The notes under the pieces are model-generated. The model was not told the DNA's origin. It searched no databases and saw only the letters and a list, made by a program, of their open reading frames with translations. A stretch of 64,000 nt of DNA. Source: an uncultured Desulfarculus sp. Its GTDB lineage: Bacteria > Desulfobacterota > Desulfarculia > Desulfarculales > Desulfarculaceae. This document shows positions 10,415 through 20,502 of the stretch, in pieces. Location: NCBI GenBank assembly GCA_963665125.2, contig CAXXUK010000002.1:1240131-1304130 (forward strand). Reading direction: 5' to 3'. How positions within the stretch are numbered: position 1 is the stretch's first letter; every line of letters begins with the position of its first letter. The position numbers and the translations under genes are program-made.

Positions 10415-10693
10415 TTAGTAATTTTTGCGGTAATTGATTTCGACCCAGTTGTCGGGAATCACGGTGGCGTTAACTATCTTGTAGCCGCGCACCAACAAAC
10501 ACCGGGGCAACTCGTACTTGATGGCCATCTCAGCGGCGCCCAGCGTCGAGGTGGTGGAATTGAAAGTCATGTCGGCTTGGCGGCAGTCGTCTTCGGCCAT
10601 GGCCGGCCGGGTCATGAACACAGAGGCGGTCAGGGCGCAGCCGGCCACGAACGCCGCTATCACAAGAGCCAGGGTCTTGGCTTTGGTCTTCAT
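10415..10693 (-). CDS. Small secreted two-Cys protein (paralog of 21827-22102)
   Basis: Signal peptide ending AMA; RBS ggag; ungapped similarity to a second ORF in the window. Confidence 0.75.
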   Translation of the reverse strand: MKTKAKTLALVIAAFVAGCALTASVFMTRPAMAEDDCRQADMTFNSTTSTLGAAEMAIKYELPRCLLVRGYKIVNATVIPDNWVEINYRKNY

Positions 10694-10868
10694 TTGTGTC
10701 TACTCCATCTTTTTTTTGTCCACGCCAGGCGGTCTGCAACAACGCGTAGATATGCCCAGGTGATTGGTCAATTTACATACCACTTTGCCATGACGGCACC
10801 TAAAACACCATGAAATATGCTATTGGTCTGATTGGCAAACCAAAATACACACCTCAAACGGCCGGGCC

Positions 10869-12452
10869 ATGGGAAAGACAATGATGGGATGCGGTAGGGG
10901 CGCGAAAAGGTTGATTTTGTTTGTGGCCTTTTCGGCCATGCTTTTACTTGGCGTAAATCATCCGGCAAGGGCGGGGCAGGCTCCCGACCCGGAGAAGTAT
11001 GTTCCCCGGGCTGAATACGAGGAGTTGAAGAAGCAATTCCAGGACGTTCTCAAGCGTCTGGAGGCCCTGGAAAAGGCCAAAGCGTCATCCCCCACGGGCG
11101 TTGCCGGCAAAACCGAGCCAACCACCGAAGCCGAGCCGGTTCAAGTGTCACAAGGTGACACACCGCCCGCCGTAACAGAAAAGCCGTCATCGCTTAAGGA
11201 GGCCGTCGACAGCCTGATTCCAGGCTATGAAGTGGCCAAACAACGGCGCATGGCCGACCCCACCGTGCCGCCGCCCATGAGCGTGCGTGTTGCCGAACTG
11301 TCGGACATGCAGCTTTACATGGGCTTCGCGGCGGTCGGGCGTTTGCAGTATCTGACCCAGGACGATGTGTATATCGACGGCGCGAGGCCCGATAGCCTGC
11401 AGGCAGGTTTCCAGACGCCGTTTGCCAATATGTCGTTCATGGCCACTTTTGATGATGTCATGGACGTTTATTTTGATTTTTATATCTCCACCCGCGCCCA
11501 CCCGGACTACATGCAGGGCGGCCAGGGCTACCTGCTGTTTAAAAAGTTGCCCCAACAGCTTCAGGGCGTTGAAGCCTTTGACTGGTTCTTTGAAAACTTC
11601 GACATCCGGGCGGGCGGTTTCGAGGTCGATTACGGCGATGCCCATTACCGGCGTTCCAATGCGGGCTCGACCTGGCAGAACCCGCTCATCGGCAACTATG
11701 TGGTCGACCCCAGGGGCATCGACATCGGCGTAGAGATCATCGCCAACGGCTGGCCCTTCAAGGCCCTGGTGGGCATGGGCAGCGGCACCTACAAGGGGCA
11801 TTTCGGCGACGGCAGCGGCTACAGCAGCCACGCCAAGTTCTGGGGAGACCCCTTGCCGGGCCTGCGGACTTCGCTGTCGCTGTATCATGCCGACCACTCC
11901 GGCGACGGGCCGGGCTGGCCGGAAAACAACGGCACGGCCGGCGACCTTTTCGTGACCAACCGCAGCGGCGGCCCCTACGGCGGGGTCTTTGGCGGCGGCG
12001 ACGCCCCGGGCCAGCTTTTGCCTGGAGCGGGGCAACAGGTCAGCGCGGCCCAGTTGGACCTGACCTGGCGGGGCGGCCCCGTGGAACTCTACGGTTATTT
12101 CGGCTGGATGACCGACGAAGACACCAACGGCAGCGCTCCGGGCAACCCCAGGGAAGGCTGGTATTACTACGCGGCCGAGGGCATCTACAACTTTACCGAC
12201 CGCTTGTACATGGCGGGCCGCTATAGCGGAGCCAAGGCCATTGACATCAACGACGCGTCATCCGACGGCTACATCAACCGCTTCGCCCTGGGCGGCGGAT
12301 ACTGGTTGTTCGACGTGGTTCTGCTCAAGGTCGAGTTTGTGTACCAGGGGCTCTATGACTTTGATGAAAAAGACGGCAAGGTCTGTGGCGTTGACGCCTG
12401 GCAGGAGCCCAGCTTTTACGGCGCCATTACCGAGGCTTCGTTTGGGTTCTAG
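10869..12452 (+). CDS. Outer-membrane porin-like beta-barrel with N-terminal coiled coil
   Basis: Signal peptide, coiled coil, aromatic/Gly-rich strands, C-terminal Phe (EASFGF). Confidence 0.65.
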   Translation: MGKTMMGCGRGAKRLILFVAFSAMLLLGVNHPARAGQAPDPEKYVPRAEYEELKKQFQDVLKRLEALEKAKASSPTGVAGKTEPTTEAEPVQVSQGDTPPAVTEKPSSLKEAVDSLIPGYEVAKQRRMADPTVPPPMSVRVAELSDMQLYMGFAAVGRLQYLTQDDVYIDGARPDSLQAGFQTPFANMSFMATFDDVMDVYFDFYISTRAHPDYMQGGQGYLLFKKLPQQLQGVEAFDWFFENFDIRAGGFEVDYGDAHYRRSNAGSTWQNPLIGNYVVDPRGIDIGVEIIANGWPFKALVGMGSGTYKGHFGDGSGYSSHAKFWGDPLPGLRTSLSLYHADHSGDGPGWPENNGTAGDLFVTNRSGGPYGGVFGGGDAPGQLLPGAGQQVSAAQLDLTWRGGPVELYGYFGWMTDEDTNGSAPGNPREGWYYYAAEGIYNFTDRLYMAGRYSGAKAIDINDASSDGYINRFALGGGYWLFDVVLLKVEFVYQGLYDFDEKDGKVCGVDAWQEPSFYGAITEASFGF

Positions 12453-12470
12453 ACGCAGGGGATAAAGAAT

Positions 12471-13181
12471 ATGCGCTGGTTTGATACCGTTTCGTTTGCC
12501 GGGCGTGCCGCCAATATCGGGCAACTGTGGGCTGCCGCGACCTTGCTTGCCGTGTTGGCTTCAGGCGTGGCCCGGGCCGATGAACCCCTTGAATACGTCA
12601 GCGTGCCCCTTAAAAGCAGGGTGGAGATATCCGGCAGCTCCACCCTTCATGACTGGAAAGCCTCGGGCGACACCATCAAGGGCCTGTTGGTCTTCTGGGA
12701 ATATCACCGTGCCGCGGTTTTGGCCGCTGACCAGGACTTTCCCCTGGAAGACGGCCAACCGGTCTCCCTGGATTTCTGGATTCCCGTGGCCACCATCCAA
12801 AGCGACAGCGACGGCCTGAACGAGCAGATATGGAAGCAGTTGAACAGCCGGGAAAATCCCATTATCAAGTTTGGTTACAAGAGCGCCAAATTCATTTCCC
12901 ACACTCCTCCGGACAAGTTTGTTTTCGACGTGCAGGGTACATTGACCGTCAACGGCGTCAACCGGCCCAGCCAATTGCAGGTTACGGTCATTCATCCGGT
13001 TAAACAGGAATTCACGATTGCGACCGAAACCAGGCTCAAGATGTCGGATTTCGAGATAACGCCGCCTACCTTCATGGGCGGCCTGCTAAAGGCCGACGAC
13101 GAGGTGCGGGTCAAGGTGAAGTGGGTTGTGGGGCTCTATAAAAAACAGGCCCCGGACAACGCAGAATTATCCAAGAAGTAA
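12471..13181 (+). CDS. YceI-family protein
   Basis: GSSTLHDW, GTLTVNGV, LKMSDFEITPP. Confidence 0.85.
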   Translation: MRWFDTVSFAGRAANIGQLWAAATLLAVLASGVARADEPLEYVSVPLKSRVEISGSSTLHDWKASGDTIKGLLVFWEYHRAAVLAADQDFPLEDGQPVSLDFWIPVATIQSDSDGLNEQIWKQLNSRENPIIKFGYKSAKFISHTPPDKFVFDVQGTLTVNGVNRPSQLQVTVIHPVKQEFTIATETRLKMSDFEITPPTFMGGLLKADDEVRVKVKWVVGLYKKQAPDNAELSKK

Positions 13182-13248
13182 AACGCTTGTAAGAAAAATC
13201 TCTGTTGCGCGTCTATATTTTTGAGTGATGACAATGGAGCGCAGAGTC

Positions 13249-14052
13249 ATGAAATATAAGCGAGTCGTTCCGCTGTTGGCCATGGTCGCGGTCCTGGCGG
13301 CGCCGGGCTTGGCCCATCCGGGCGGATTCACCAGGCCGTTCATTACCTACGCCCCGGCTTCGGCCATTGCAATCTACCGCACGGTTTCCACGAAAATCAA
13401 ATACGGTGATTTCAATCCGGCTGAGACCACGAAGAAAATCAACCGGGAGCGGGAACAGGCCCTTGCCGGGCCCAATGCCATGGGCCTGCCCACCGAGTAC
13501 CGCCACAGCCCCCAGGCCTTGAAAAGATACAGACAATGGGTCGTCGATACCATAGCCCAGTCAAAAAGAAGCGGCGGCCCGGCCCTGATCATCGACAAGG
13601 CGGCCTATGAAATGACCCTCTACAAAAACGGCGAACAGGTGGATATGTTCAATATAGAGTTGGGATTCAACCCTGTTGACGACAAACTGATCGAGGGCGA
13701 CGGCTGTACTCCGGAGGGCAGATACAGCGTCAACATGGTCAAGGACAAGGGCCAGAGTGCTTTTTGCCGGGCGCTGCTCATCGACTATCCCAAGGCGTCG
13801 GACCGCAGGGAAGTCAGCCAACTGAAGGCCGATGGGCGGCTGCCGGATTCGGCCGGGCCCGGCGGGATGGTCGAGATACACGGCTGCGGCACGGGTAAAA
13901 AGGGCAAGGCGGGCGGTAAAAACTGGACCCTGGGTTGCGTGGCCCTGTCGGATGAAGACATGGACAAATTGTTCGCCCACAAAATAACCGCGGGTACGCC
14001 TGTGACCATAGTGCGGTACGGCACCCGCATGGATTATCATTTCCCCGATTGA
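13249..14052 (+). CDS. L,D-transpeptidase (YkuD family)
   Basis: EGDGCTPEGRY, IHG...WTLGCVAL; signal peptide. Confidence 0.88.
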   Translation: MKYKRVVPLLAMVAVLAAPGLAHPGGFTRPFITYAPASAIAIYRTVSTKIKYGDFNPAETTKKINREREQALAGPNAMGLPTEYRHSPQALKRYRQWVVDTIAQSKRSGGPALIIDKAAYEMTLYKNGEQVDMFNIELGFNPVDDKLIEGDGCTPEGRYSVNMVKDKGQSAFCRALLIDYPKASDRREVSQLKADGRLPDSAGPGGMVEIHGCGTGKKGKAGGKNWTLGCVALSDEDMDKLFAHKITAGTPVTIVRYGTRMDYHFPD

Positions 14053-14093
14053 GCCAACACCCGCCGAACTTCGGCCCGCCTCGCCCGCCAAGC

Positions 14094-14696
14094 TCAGCCT
14101 AGCATCTCTAGAATGGCCTTGGAGGTGTATTCACCAAGGTCGACCAGACCGTCCATGGGCAGGAATTTGTCGGCATTGCTGGAATATAGGCATTTCACCG
14201 ATGCCCGGAACTCTTCGTCCGCTTCGTAAAAAATATAGCATAGCGCGATTTTGGGCAGCGGGTAGATGATAAAGGAAAAGTCGCCGCCGGTTTGATGCGT
14301 CGAGATCTCACCGTTAAAGGCATCGACGATTCTGGAAACAGCCGCCTTTATTCTGTGCACGTGGGGTACCAACAGCCGCTCGGTGTGGGTTGTTTGAATG
14401 GCCAGATAGCGCGCGCTTTCGGGGAATTCCTTCAGAGCCTTCAGGGGCTGAAGCACGCATTGGGCCGGGTTGGCGCTGAGACAATAATGGGAGATCAACA
14501 GCCCGGTCACATAGGCTTCTTCCCGGCCGTCCAGGCTGATGCGCCCAGGCTCGACCACGCATTGCTTGCCGAACGCGTCAAAGGTAAAGCGGTCGTCTTG
14601 TTGCCCGGCCACCAGGTCGGAGGCCATGCTGTCGCTCTTGCTAGCATAGACCTGCACAAGATTGTCGATTATCAGCCTGCCATAGTTGTTTGTCAT
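14094..14696 (-). CDS. DUF3786-like protein
   Basis: GDFSFIIYPLPKI..IFYEADEEF pattern. Confidence 0.7.
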   Translation of the reverse strand: MTNNYGRLIIDNLVQVYASKSDSMASDLVAGQQDDRFTFDAFGKQCVVEPGRISLDGREEAYVTGLLISHYCLSANPAQCVLQPLKALKEFPESARYLAIQTTHTERLLVPHVHRIKAAVSRIVDAFNGEISTHQTGGDFSFIIYPLPKIALCYIFYEADEEFRASVKCLYSSNADKFLPMDGLVDLGEYTSKAILEMLG

Positions 14697-14730
14697 GAGC
14701 CTTCCCAAAGAAAATGAACGGTGAAACAAA

Positions 14731-14750
14731 TAAATTGCATATGCAATTTA
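14731..14750. promoter_or_regulatory. Probable MarR operator
   Basis: Perfect 20-bp palindrome taaattgcatatgcaattta. Confidence 0.65.
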
Positions 14751-14773
14751 CAGCCTAAAAAAATAACCCGGCG

Positions 14774-15238
14774 TTATGGAGACAACTTGGCCACCCCGGC
14801 CCGCAACATTTTGTTGCCCTCGCTGAGGATGGCTTTGAGCGCATCGGAGCCCAACAACTCCCGGACCTGCTCCTGGGCCTTTTGCCAATCGGGATAGACC
14901 CGCCGCACAAGGTCCAGCCCTTCATCTGTCACGGAAATAAGGAGGTTTTTCCCTTTGCCGCTGGGTTCGCTTTTAAGGTAGCCCTTGTTTTCGATACGGG
15001 CCAGGGCCCGGCTTAACGTGGATGAGTCCAGGCTCAGGATGTGGCACAGCGGTTTGACTTCCATGGACCCGAATTCCGCCACCGTGGCGATAATGTGCAA
15101 CTGGGTGCTTTTCAGGCCGTGGGGGCCGAACGCCTTGTTGTAGATGGCGTTGACGGCCCGGTCCAATACCTTGAGCCGAACCACAACGCAGTTGCCGGTC
15201 ATCTCCTGTAAGATTTTATCCACGTCCGGCGATTCCAT
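14774..15238 (-). CDS. MarR-family regulator
   Basis: GLKSTQLHII, LDSSTLSRALARIE..GY, VTDEG. Confidence 0.9.
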   Translation of the reverse strand: MESPDVDKILQEMTGNCVVVRLKVLDRAVNAIYNKAFGPHGLKSTQLHIIATVAEFGSMEVKPLCHILSLDSSTLSRALARIENKGYLKSEPSGKGKNLLISVTDEGLDLVRRVYPDWQKAQEQVRELLGSDALKAILSEGNKMLRAGVAKLSP

Positions 15239-15384
15239 GGCGTCTCCTTGTTGAAATATGTATATGCAATTTTATGCGCCGTCAAGGAGTAAATCGCCTT
15301 TGCGATTTTTGGCGAGGCGTGATAATCCCGAACGGGCTGGGGCGGCCGATGCCGTGGCGGGCGCAGGCAAACATATTGCGGGAA

Positions 15385-15420
15385 TAAAAAACGGGCCAGC
15401 CCGCAAAGAGCTAACCCGTT
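15385..15420 (-). terminator. Terminator downstream of the tRNA-Glu 3' end
   Basis: Minus-strand aacgggttagc...gctggcccgttttt hairpin + U-tract. Confidence 0.6.
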
Positions 15421-15428
15421 GATATATT

Positions 15429-15472
<44 letters not shown>

Positions 15473-15500
15473 AAAATAATTAAGGGCGGGTTCCACCGAA

Positions 15501-15566
15501 TATCAACCACTTACGCCACCTAATCCGGGTTAGCCCGGACCTAAACTGTAGTCGAAACTGTAGTCG
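15501..15566 (+). repeat. IHF-consensus site and tandem 12-bp integrase arm-type repeats
   Basis: tatcaaccactta (WATCAANNNNTTR) at 15501; aaactgtagtcg twice at 15543-15566. Confidence 0.6.
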
Positions 15567-15780
15567 CCTTCTCAGAGACCAACATCATCCGTGACGTAGA
15601 GCCAACAGCTCGGGCGACCATCTCTCTCGGTGCTCCGAGCCTGTGCTCCCCGCGAACCAAATCACAATCAGCGACCTAGGATAAAGATGAAGGTCGCTCC
15701 CAAACCCAGCAGCAGGCCTACCCATTTTTTTGTTAGACTGAAACCAATACAAAACTCGAGTGCCGGATTTGGAGGTCAAA

Positions 15781-16095
15781 ATGAAGAAGGTATCCATCCT
15801 GGAAGCAGGAGGTTTCAGCAAGGACAAGATGACCAATACCTTGGTCCACGACTCGCCTTACTTCAAAATCATCAATTTCAATTTCGAACCCGGCCAGGAA
15901 CTGCCGGTGCATTCTCACGACATCGAGGGGCAGGTCAGCATCTTGGTTCTGGAAGGCCAAGGAGAATACTTGGCGGATGACAATTCCATACCGGCCAACC
16001 AAGGCGATGTTCTCATCTGCGACATCGCCGAGGGCCATGGAATCAGAGCCTCCAGCAGGATGCGGGTTCTGGTGACCATCGCTCCGCCAATCTAG
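15781..16095 (+). CDS. Cupin-domain protein
   Basis: FEPGQELPVHSH..VLEGQG..HGIRA; RBS ggagg. Confidence 0.88.
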   Translation: MKKVSILEAGGFSKDKMTNTLVHDSPYFKIINFNFEPGQELPVHSHDIEGQVSILVLEGQGEYLADDNSIPANQGDVLICDIAEGHGIRASSRMRVLVTIAPPI

Positions 16096-16259
16096 CCTTA
16101 AATTACTTCCGAGACTTAATCATGCTTGTTGCTGTTCTGCCCCATCCTCACAGGCGAGTAAGGCTGGTCTTTATTTGGTAAAGAGGTACTTAAATGCAAA
16201 TAACGCTTGACTGGCAAGTTCAATAATGAGAGCGTGGGCCAACCAGGGAGGAGAAAATA

Positions 16260-17443
16260 ATGACGCGCATTACTGATTCGGTCACTTACGTGGGCAAGGT
16301 TGACTGGGAACTCACTAAGTTCCACGGCGAGGAATACTCCACATACAAAGGGTCAAGCTACAATTCCTATCTGATTCGAGATAAAAAACCGCCCTCGTTG
16401 ATACCGTATGGAAACCGTATGACCAGGAATTCATCAGCAAACTGGAAAAGGTGGTTGACCTGGACGAGATAGATTTCGTGATCGCCAACCACGCCGAGAT
16501 TGACCATAGCGGCGCATTGCCCGCCCTTATGGAACGCATACCGGACAGGCCGCTATATTGCACGGCCAATTGCGTGAAATCCCTGACAGGCCAGTATCAC
16601 AAGGACTGGAATTTTCATGTCGTCAAGACCGGTGACACGCTTAGCCTGGGCGCGAAGGAACTGACCTTTGTTTCCGCGCCGATGCTGCACTGGCCGGACA
16701 GCATGTTCTGCTATCTGAGCGGAGACAACATCCTTTTCAGTAATGACGCCTTTGGCCACCATCTGGCCTCGGAACAGCTTTTCAACGACCAGGTGGACCA
16801 GGGTGAGCTTTACGAGCAGTGCATCAAATATTACGCAAACATCCTTACACCATTCAGCAAGCTGGTTCAGGCGAAAATCAACGAGGTGTTGGCCTTGAAA
16901 CTGCCCGTAAACATGATCTGTCCCAGCCACGGCGTGATTTTGCGCGATGATCCCTTACAGATAGTCCACAAATATCTCGAGTGGTCCGGGGATTACCAGG
17001 AAAATCAAACGACGATCATCTATGACACCATGTGGGAAAGCACCAGGCTCATGGCCGAAGCCATGGCCGAGGGCGTACTGTCCGCCAAGCCTGAAATGAC
17101 CGTGAAGCTCCTCAATACCGCCCGCCGCGACAAGAACGAAGTCATCACGGAAATTTTCAAGTCCAAGCTTCTTCTGGCCGGTTCTCCCACCATCAACAAG
17201 GGCATACTTCATTCCATGGCCGGTATGCTGGAAATGATCAAGGGGATGTCCTTCAAGAACAAGAAAGCGGCGGCTTTCGGCTCCTTCGGCTGGAGCGGCG
17301 AAAGCGTGAAGATCATCAGCCAGTGGTTGAGTGATAGTGGCTTTAGTATCCTGGATGAAGGCCTGAAGATTAACTGGAAGCCGGACGAGCAAGCCAGGCA
17401 GCAATGCTTCGAGTATGGGCGGTCACTGGCGAACCAACTTTAA
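16260..17443 (+). pseudogene. fprA: Flavodiiron protein (FprA type) split by a 1-nt frameshift
   Basis: [10 protein letters not shown]-terminus; HAEIDHSG, HWPDSM, SNDAFG, PSHG, flavodoxin domain; one A missing in the run at 16383-16388. Confidence 0.85.
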
Positions 17444-17520
17444 CAACAAAAATAAGCCGCCTGATGCCAATTGGTTCCGGTGGCATCTCTTGTTAGTGGA
17501 AATAATGGCGCGAGGAGTAA

Positions 17521-18141
17521 ATGAAGCGAGATCAATACGGCGAGCCCTTGCCGCTGGATGAAAAAGACATTGTCGAAGCCATGCGGGAGCTATCCGGCTA
17601 CCTCGACGTCACTCCCGAGGATTTGAGCAGCCTTTTCAGGCTTGCCTATAATCACGCGCTGGACAGATTGAGCGGAAGTGTAACGGTTGCCAAAGTGATG
17701 ACCAGCGAGGTGGTGTGTATAAGGTCTGACCAGACTCTATTGGAAGTGGCCGAGACAATGGCGTCAAAGGGGGTCTCAGGCGTACCGGTTTTGGATGATG
17801 GGAAAGTGGTGGGGGTAATCGCCGAAAGCGATTTCCTCTCAAACATGGGTGGCAAAAGCGGCCACTTCATGGAGGTTCTGGCCAGCTGCCTGGCCTCGAG
17901 ACCTTGCCTTGCTGCTCCGTTACGGGTAAAAACCGCCGCCGAGGTGATGAGCACCCCTCCCGTTACCATGAAACCTGACACGCCATTGTCCCAAGCCACT
18001 GAAACCATGCGCCTGAAGGGCATCAACCGGGCTCCGGTGGTTGACGACGCAGGAAGGCTTGTGGGCATCGTGACTCGTGCCGACATCATGGGTTTGTTCA
18101 AGTTATCATCACCGGAATTGTGCGGAGCCGACGACCGATGA
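17521..18141 (+). CDS. CBS-domain protein
   Basis: Two CBS repeats; GYLDVTPEDL N-terminus. Confidence 0.9.
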   Translation: MKRDQYGEPLPLDEKDIVEAMRELSGYLDVTPEDLSSLFRLAYNHALDRLSGSVTVAKVMTSEVVCIRSDQTLLEVAETMASKGVSGVPVLDDGKVVGVIAESDFLSNMGGKSGHFMEVLASCLASRPCLAAPLRVKTAAEVMSTPPVTMKPDTPLSQATETMRLKGINRAPVVDDAGRLVGIVTRADIMGLFKLSSPELCGADDR

Positions 18142-18683
18142 ATCTCACCGGCTATTTGAACAAAATGCGCGGCGGAGCCTCGAGCCCGCCCAGGGTTTCC
18201 ACCCGCGAGGTGCTTTGGTCCTGGCTGGGGTCGTTCCTGGGCATCGCCGCCGTGGCCTTGGTCAATCAACATTGGCTCGACGGAACTGATCTCGTTTTGA
18301 TTATCGGTTCTTTCGGCGCAACGGCGGTGCTCATATATGGTGCTATTCGCAGCCCGCTGGCGCAGCCACGAAATTTACTGGGAGGACATTTGCTGTCGGC
18401 GGTAGTTGGTGTTGCTTGCTCCAAAATGTTGGGAGTGGAACCATGGTTGGCCGCATCAGCCGCTGTTTCGGTGGCAATAGCTCTGATGCATCTGACCAAG
18501 ACTCTACATCCACCCGGTGGAGCCACGGCCTTGATCGCCGTAATCGGCGGTCCGAAAATCCAGGCCCTGGGCTGGTTGTATATCCTGGTTCCGGTTGGCG
18601 TGGGAGTGCTGATAATGCTGGCCGTTGCGTTGGTTGTCAACAATCTGGCCGCTCAGCGGCGCTATCCTGAGTTCTGGTATTGA
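18138..18683 (+). CDS. HPP-family membrane protein
   Basis: SFGATAVL, SPLAQPRN, LHPPGGATAL. Confidence 0.93.
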   Translation: MNLTGYLNKMRGGASSPPRVSTREVLWSWLGSFLGIAAVALVNQHWLDGTDLVLIIGSFGATAVLIYGAIRSPLAQPRNLLGGHLLSAVVGVACSKMLGVEPWLAASAAVSVAIALMHLTKTLHPPGGATALIAVIGGPKIQALGWLYILVPVGVGVLIMLAVALVVNNLAAQRRYPEFWY

Positions 18684-18735
18684 TTGAGGTCAAACAGCAA
18701 ACGGCTATTCGTAATGATGGGGGCATTTCAAAATT

Positions 18736-19848
18736 ATGGAAAAGGAAACATTAGACAACAAGCTCCTCAATGAACTGAGCGAACGGGAAGAACGTTATCG
18801 AAGCGTAACCGAGACTAGTCCCGATGCGATCATTACTTCCACGGCTGAAGGAAAAATCCTGACCATCAACAACGCCGGTCAAACGATGTTCGGCTATGGT
18901 CTTGAGATAATAGGTGAAAATGTTGAAGTACTCATCCCTGAGCATTTGCGAAAAGCACATCGAAAGGGAGTTGAACGATATCTCGAAACAAGGGTGCCGC
19001 ACATAATTGGCCGGAAGGTGGAACTTTCGGCACTCAAGGCCGACGGCTCGATTTTCCCGATTGAATTGACGCTATCCAGTTGGGAAGGAGAAGCGGGTGT
19101 CTTCTTTGGATCGATTATCCGCGACATAAGCGACCGGAGGAGAGTCGAAATACTCAAAGAAGATGTCACTCACATGATGCGTCACGATTTACGTTCACCT
19201 TTGGTGGGCATCGTCGGTCTGGCAAATCGTTTGGCTGTGGCTGACAATTTGGATGCAAAACAAACCAAGTCAGCATCAACCATAAGCGCGCTGGGCAAAA
19301 AGATGTTGGAGATGCTTGACCGTTCGCGTGACTTTTATCAATTGGAGGAAGGCACTTACGAGCTCAAGCCTAAGCCGGTCGAGCTATTTGAGACTGTAAA
19401 ACAAGTGATCGATCAGCTGGAAGGGGCAGCGGCTACAAAGGGCGTAAAGATCACTATTGCCAAGGCTCCAAAAGAAACCAATATGCTGACAATCAATGGT
19501 GAGCCGATCCTTCTGGAAAACATGCTCACCAATTTGATCAAAAATGCGGTCGAGGCAAGCCCAGCCGACGGGAACGTGACCGTAAGTTTTTCCCGAACGT
19601 CGTTGAAGCATGCCCCAGCCTGGAGAATAGATATTCATAACGAGGGGGCCATTCCTCTTGAAATCCAGCCGCACTTCTTTGATGCATATGTAACTTCTGG
19701 AAAAGCGGGTGGCTTTGGTTTGGGAACGCATAACGCCATGATAGTGACCAAGGCGCACGGCGGAGAGATTTCGTTCACCTCAAATGAAAACCGTGGCACT
19801 CATTTATTGGTGGACTTGCCAGAGTCGTTCACTGCTGGAAGCCAATAA
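18736..19848 (+). CDS. PAS sensor histidine kinase
   Basis: FixL-like PAS with His, HDLRSPL, NLIKNAVEA, GFGLG. Confidence 0.9.
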   Translation: MEKETLDNKLLNELSEREERYRSVTETSPDAIITSTAEGKILTINNAGQTMFGYGLEIIGENVEVLIPEHLRKAHRKGVERYLETRVPHIIGRKVELSALKADGSIFPIELTLSSWEGEAGVFFGSIIRDISDRRRVEILKEDVTHMMRHDLRSPLVGIVGLANRLAVADNLDAKQTKSASTISALGKKMLEMLDRSRDFYQLEEGTYELKPKPVELFETVKQVIDQLEGAAATKGVKITIAKAPKETNMLTINGEPILLENMLTNLIKNAVEASPADGNVTVSFSRTSLKHAPAWRIDIHNEGAIPLEIQPHFFDAYVTSGKAGGFGLGTHNAMIVTKAHGGEISFTSNENRGTHLLVDLPESFTAGSQ

Positions 19849-19931
19849 ATCAATCTAACTATTAACTGAATATTTATATATCCACACGACGCGAACTTTA
19901 ATCTCGTTTCATAAGCTGGAAAGGAGGTCGC

Positions 19932-20468
19932 ATGCAGCCCATAGGACCATTGATGCATGAGCATAGGCTGATCGAACGCATGGTTTCGATGATTGGCTCT
20001 CAAGCCGAACACATTGAAAAAGGTGGAGAGCCAAATTCTGTTTTCATTGATGATGCCGTTGAATTCTTCCGCGTATATGCCGACCGTTGTCATCACGGCA
20101 AAGAAGAGGAACTGCTTTTCAAGGAACTTGCCAATAAAGGCCTCAGCGCAGAATTGATCACAATCATGAATGAGCTGATTGAAGAACATAAGCTTGGCCG
20201 CAGCATGGTTGCTAGGCTTCACCAGGCCAATCAGGATTTTGCCAACAAAGGCGGTGATGCCGGGCTGCTGGCACGCCTGCTGAGAGAATTATCTTCTTTC
20301 TATCCCAAACACATCGAAAAAGAAGATAAGCACTTCTTCTTTCCGGTGATGGAGTACTTCAGCAGGGAAGAAATGGACCAGATGCTTGAGGAGTTCCACG
20401 AATTTGACCGGCAAATGGTTCATGATTTCTTTGGCGATAAAGTAAAGCAGTGGGAGGAAATTTCCTAA
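19932..20468 (+). CDS. Hemerythrin-like (HHE) protein
   Basis: LMHEH, HHGKEEELLF, EEH, HIEKED. Confidence 0.9.
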   Translation: MQPIGPLMHEHRLIERMVSMIGSQAEHIEKGGEPNSVFIDDAVEFFRVYADRCHHGKEEELLFKELANKGLSAELITIMNELIEEHKLGRSMVARLHQANQDFANKGGDAGLLARLLRELSSFYPKHIEKEDKHFFFPVMEYFSREEMDQMLEEFHEFDRQMVHDFFGDKVKQWEEIS

Positions 20469-20502
20469 ACAGGCTTAGGACTCAATACTACCAGGAGTTG
20501 TC

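Noticed and set aside
16375..16395. Programmed -1 ribosomal frameshift in fprA
   Set aside because: The A-run is not phased as a canonical X XXY YYZ heptamer in the upstream frame; an indel is simpler
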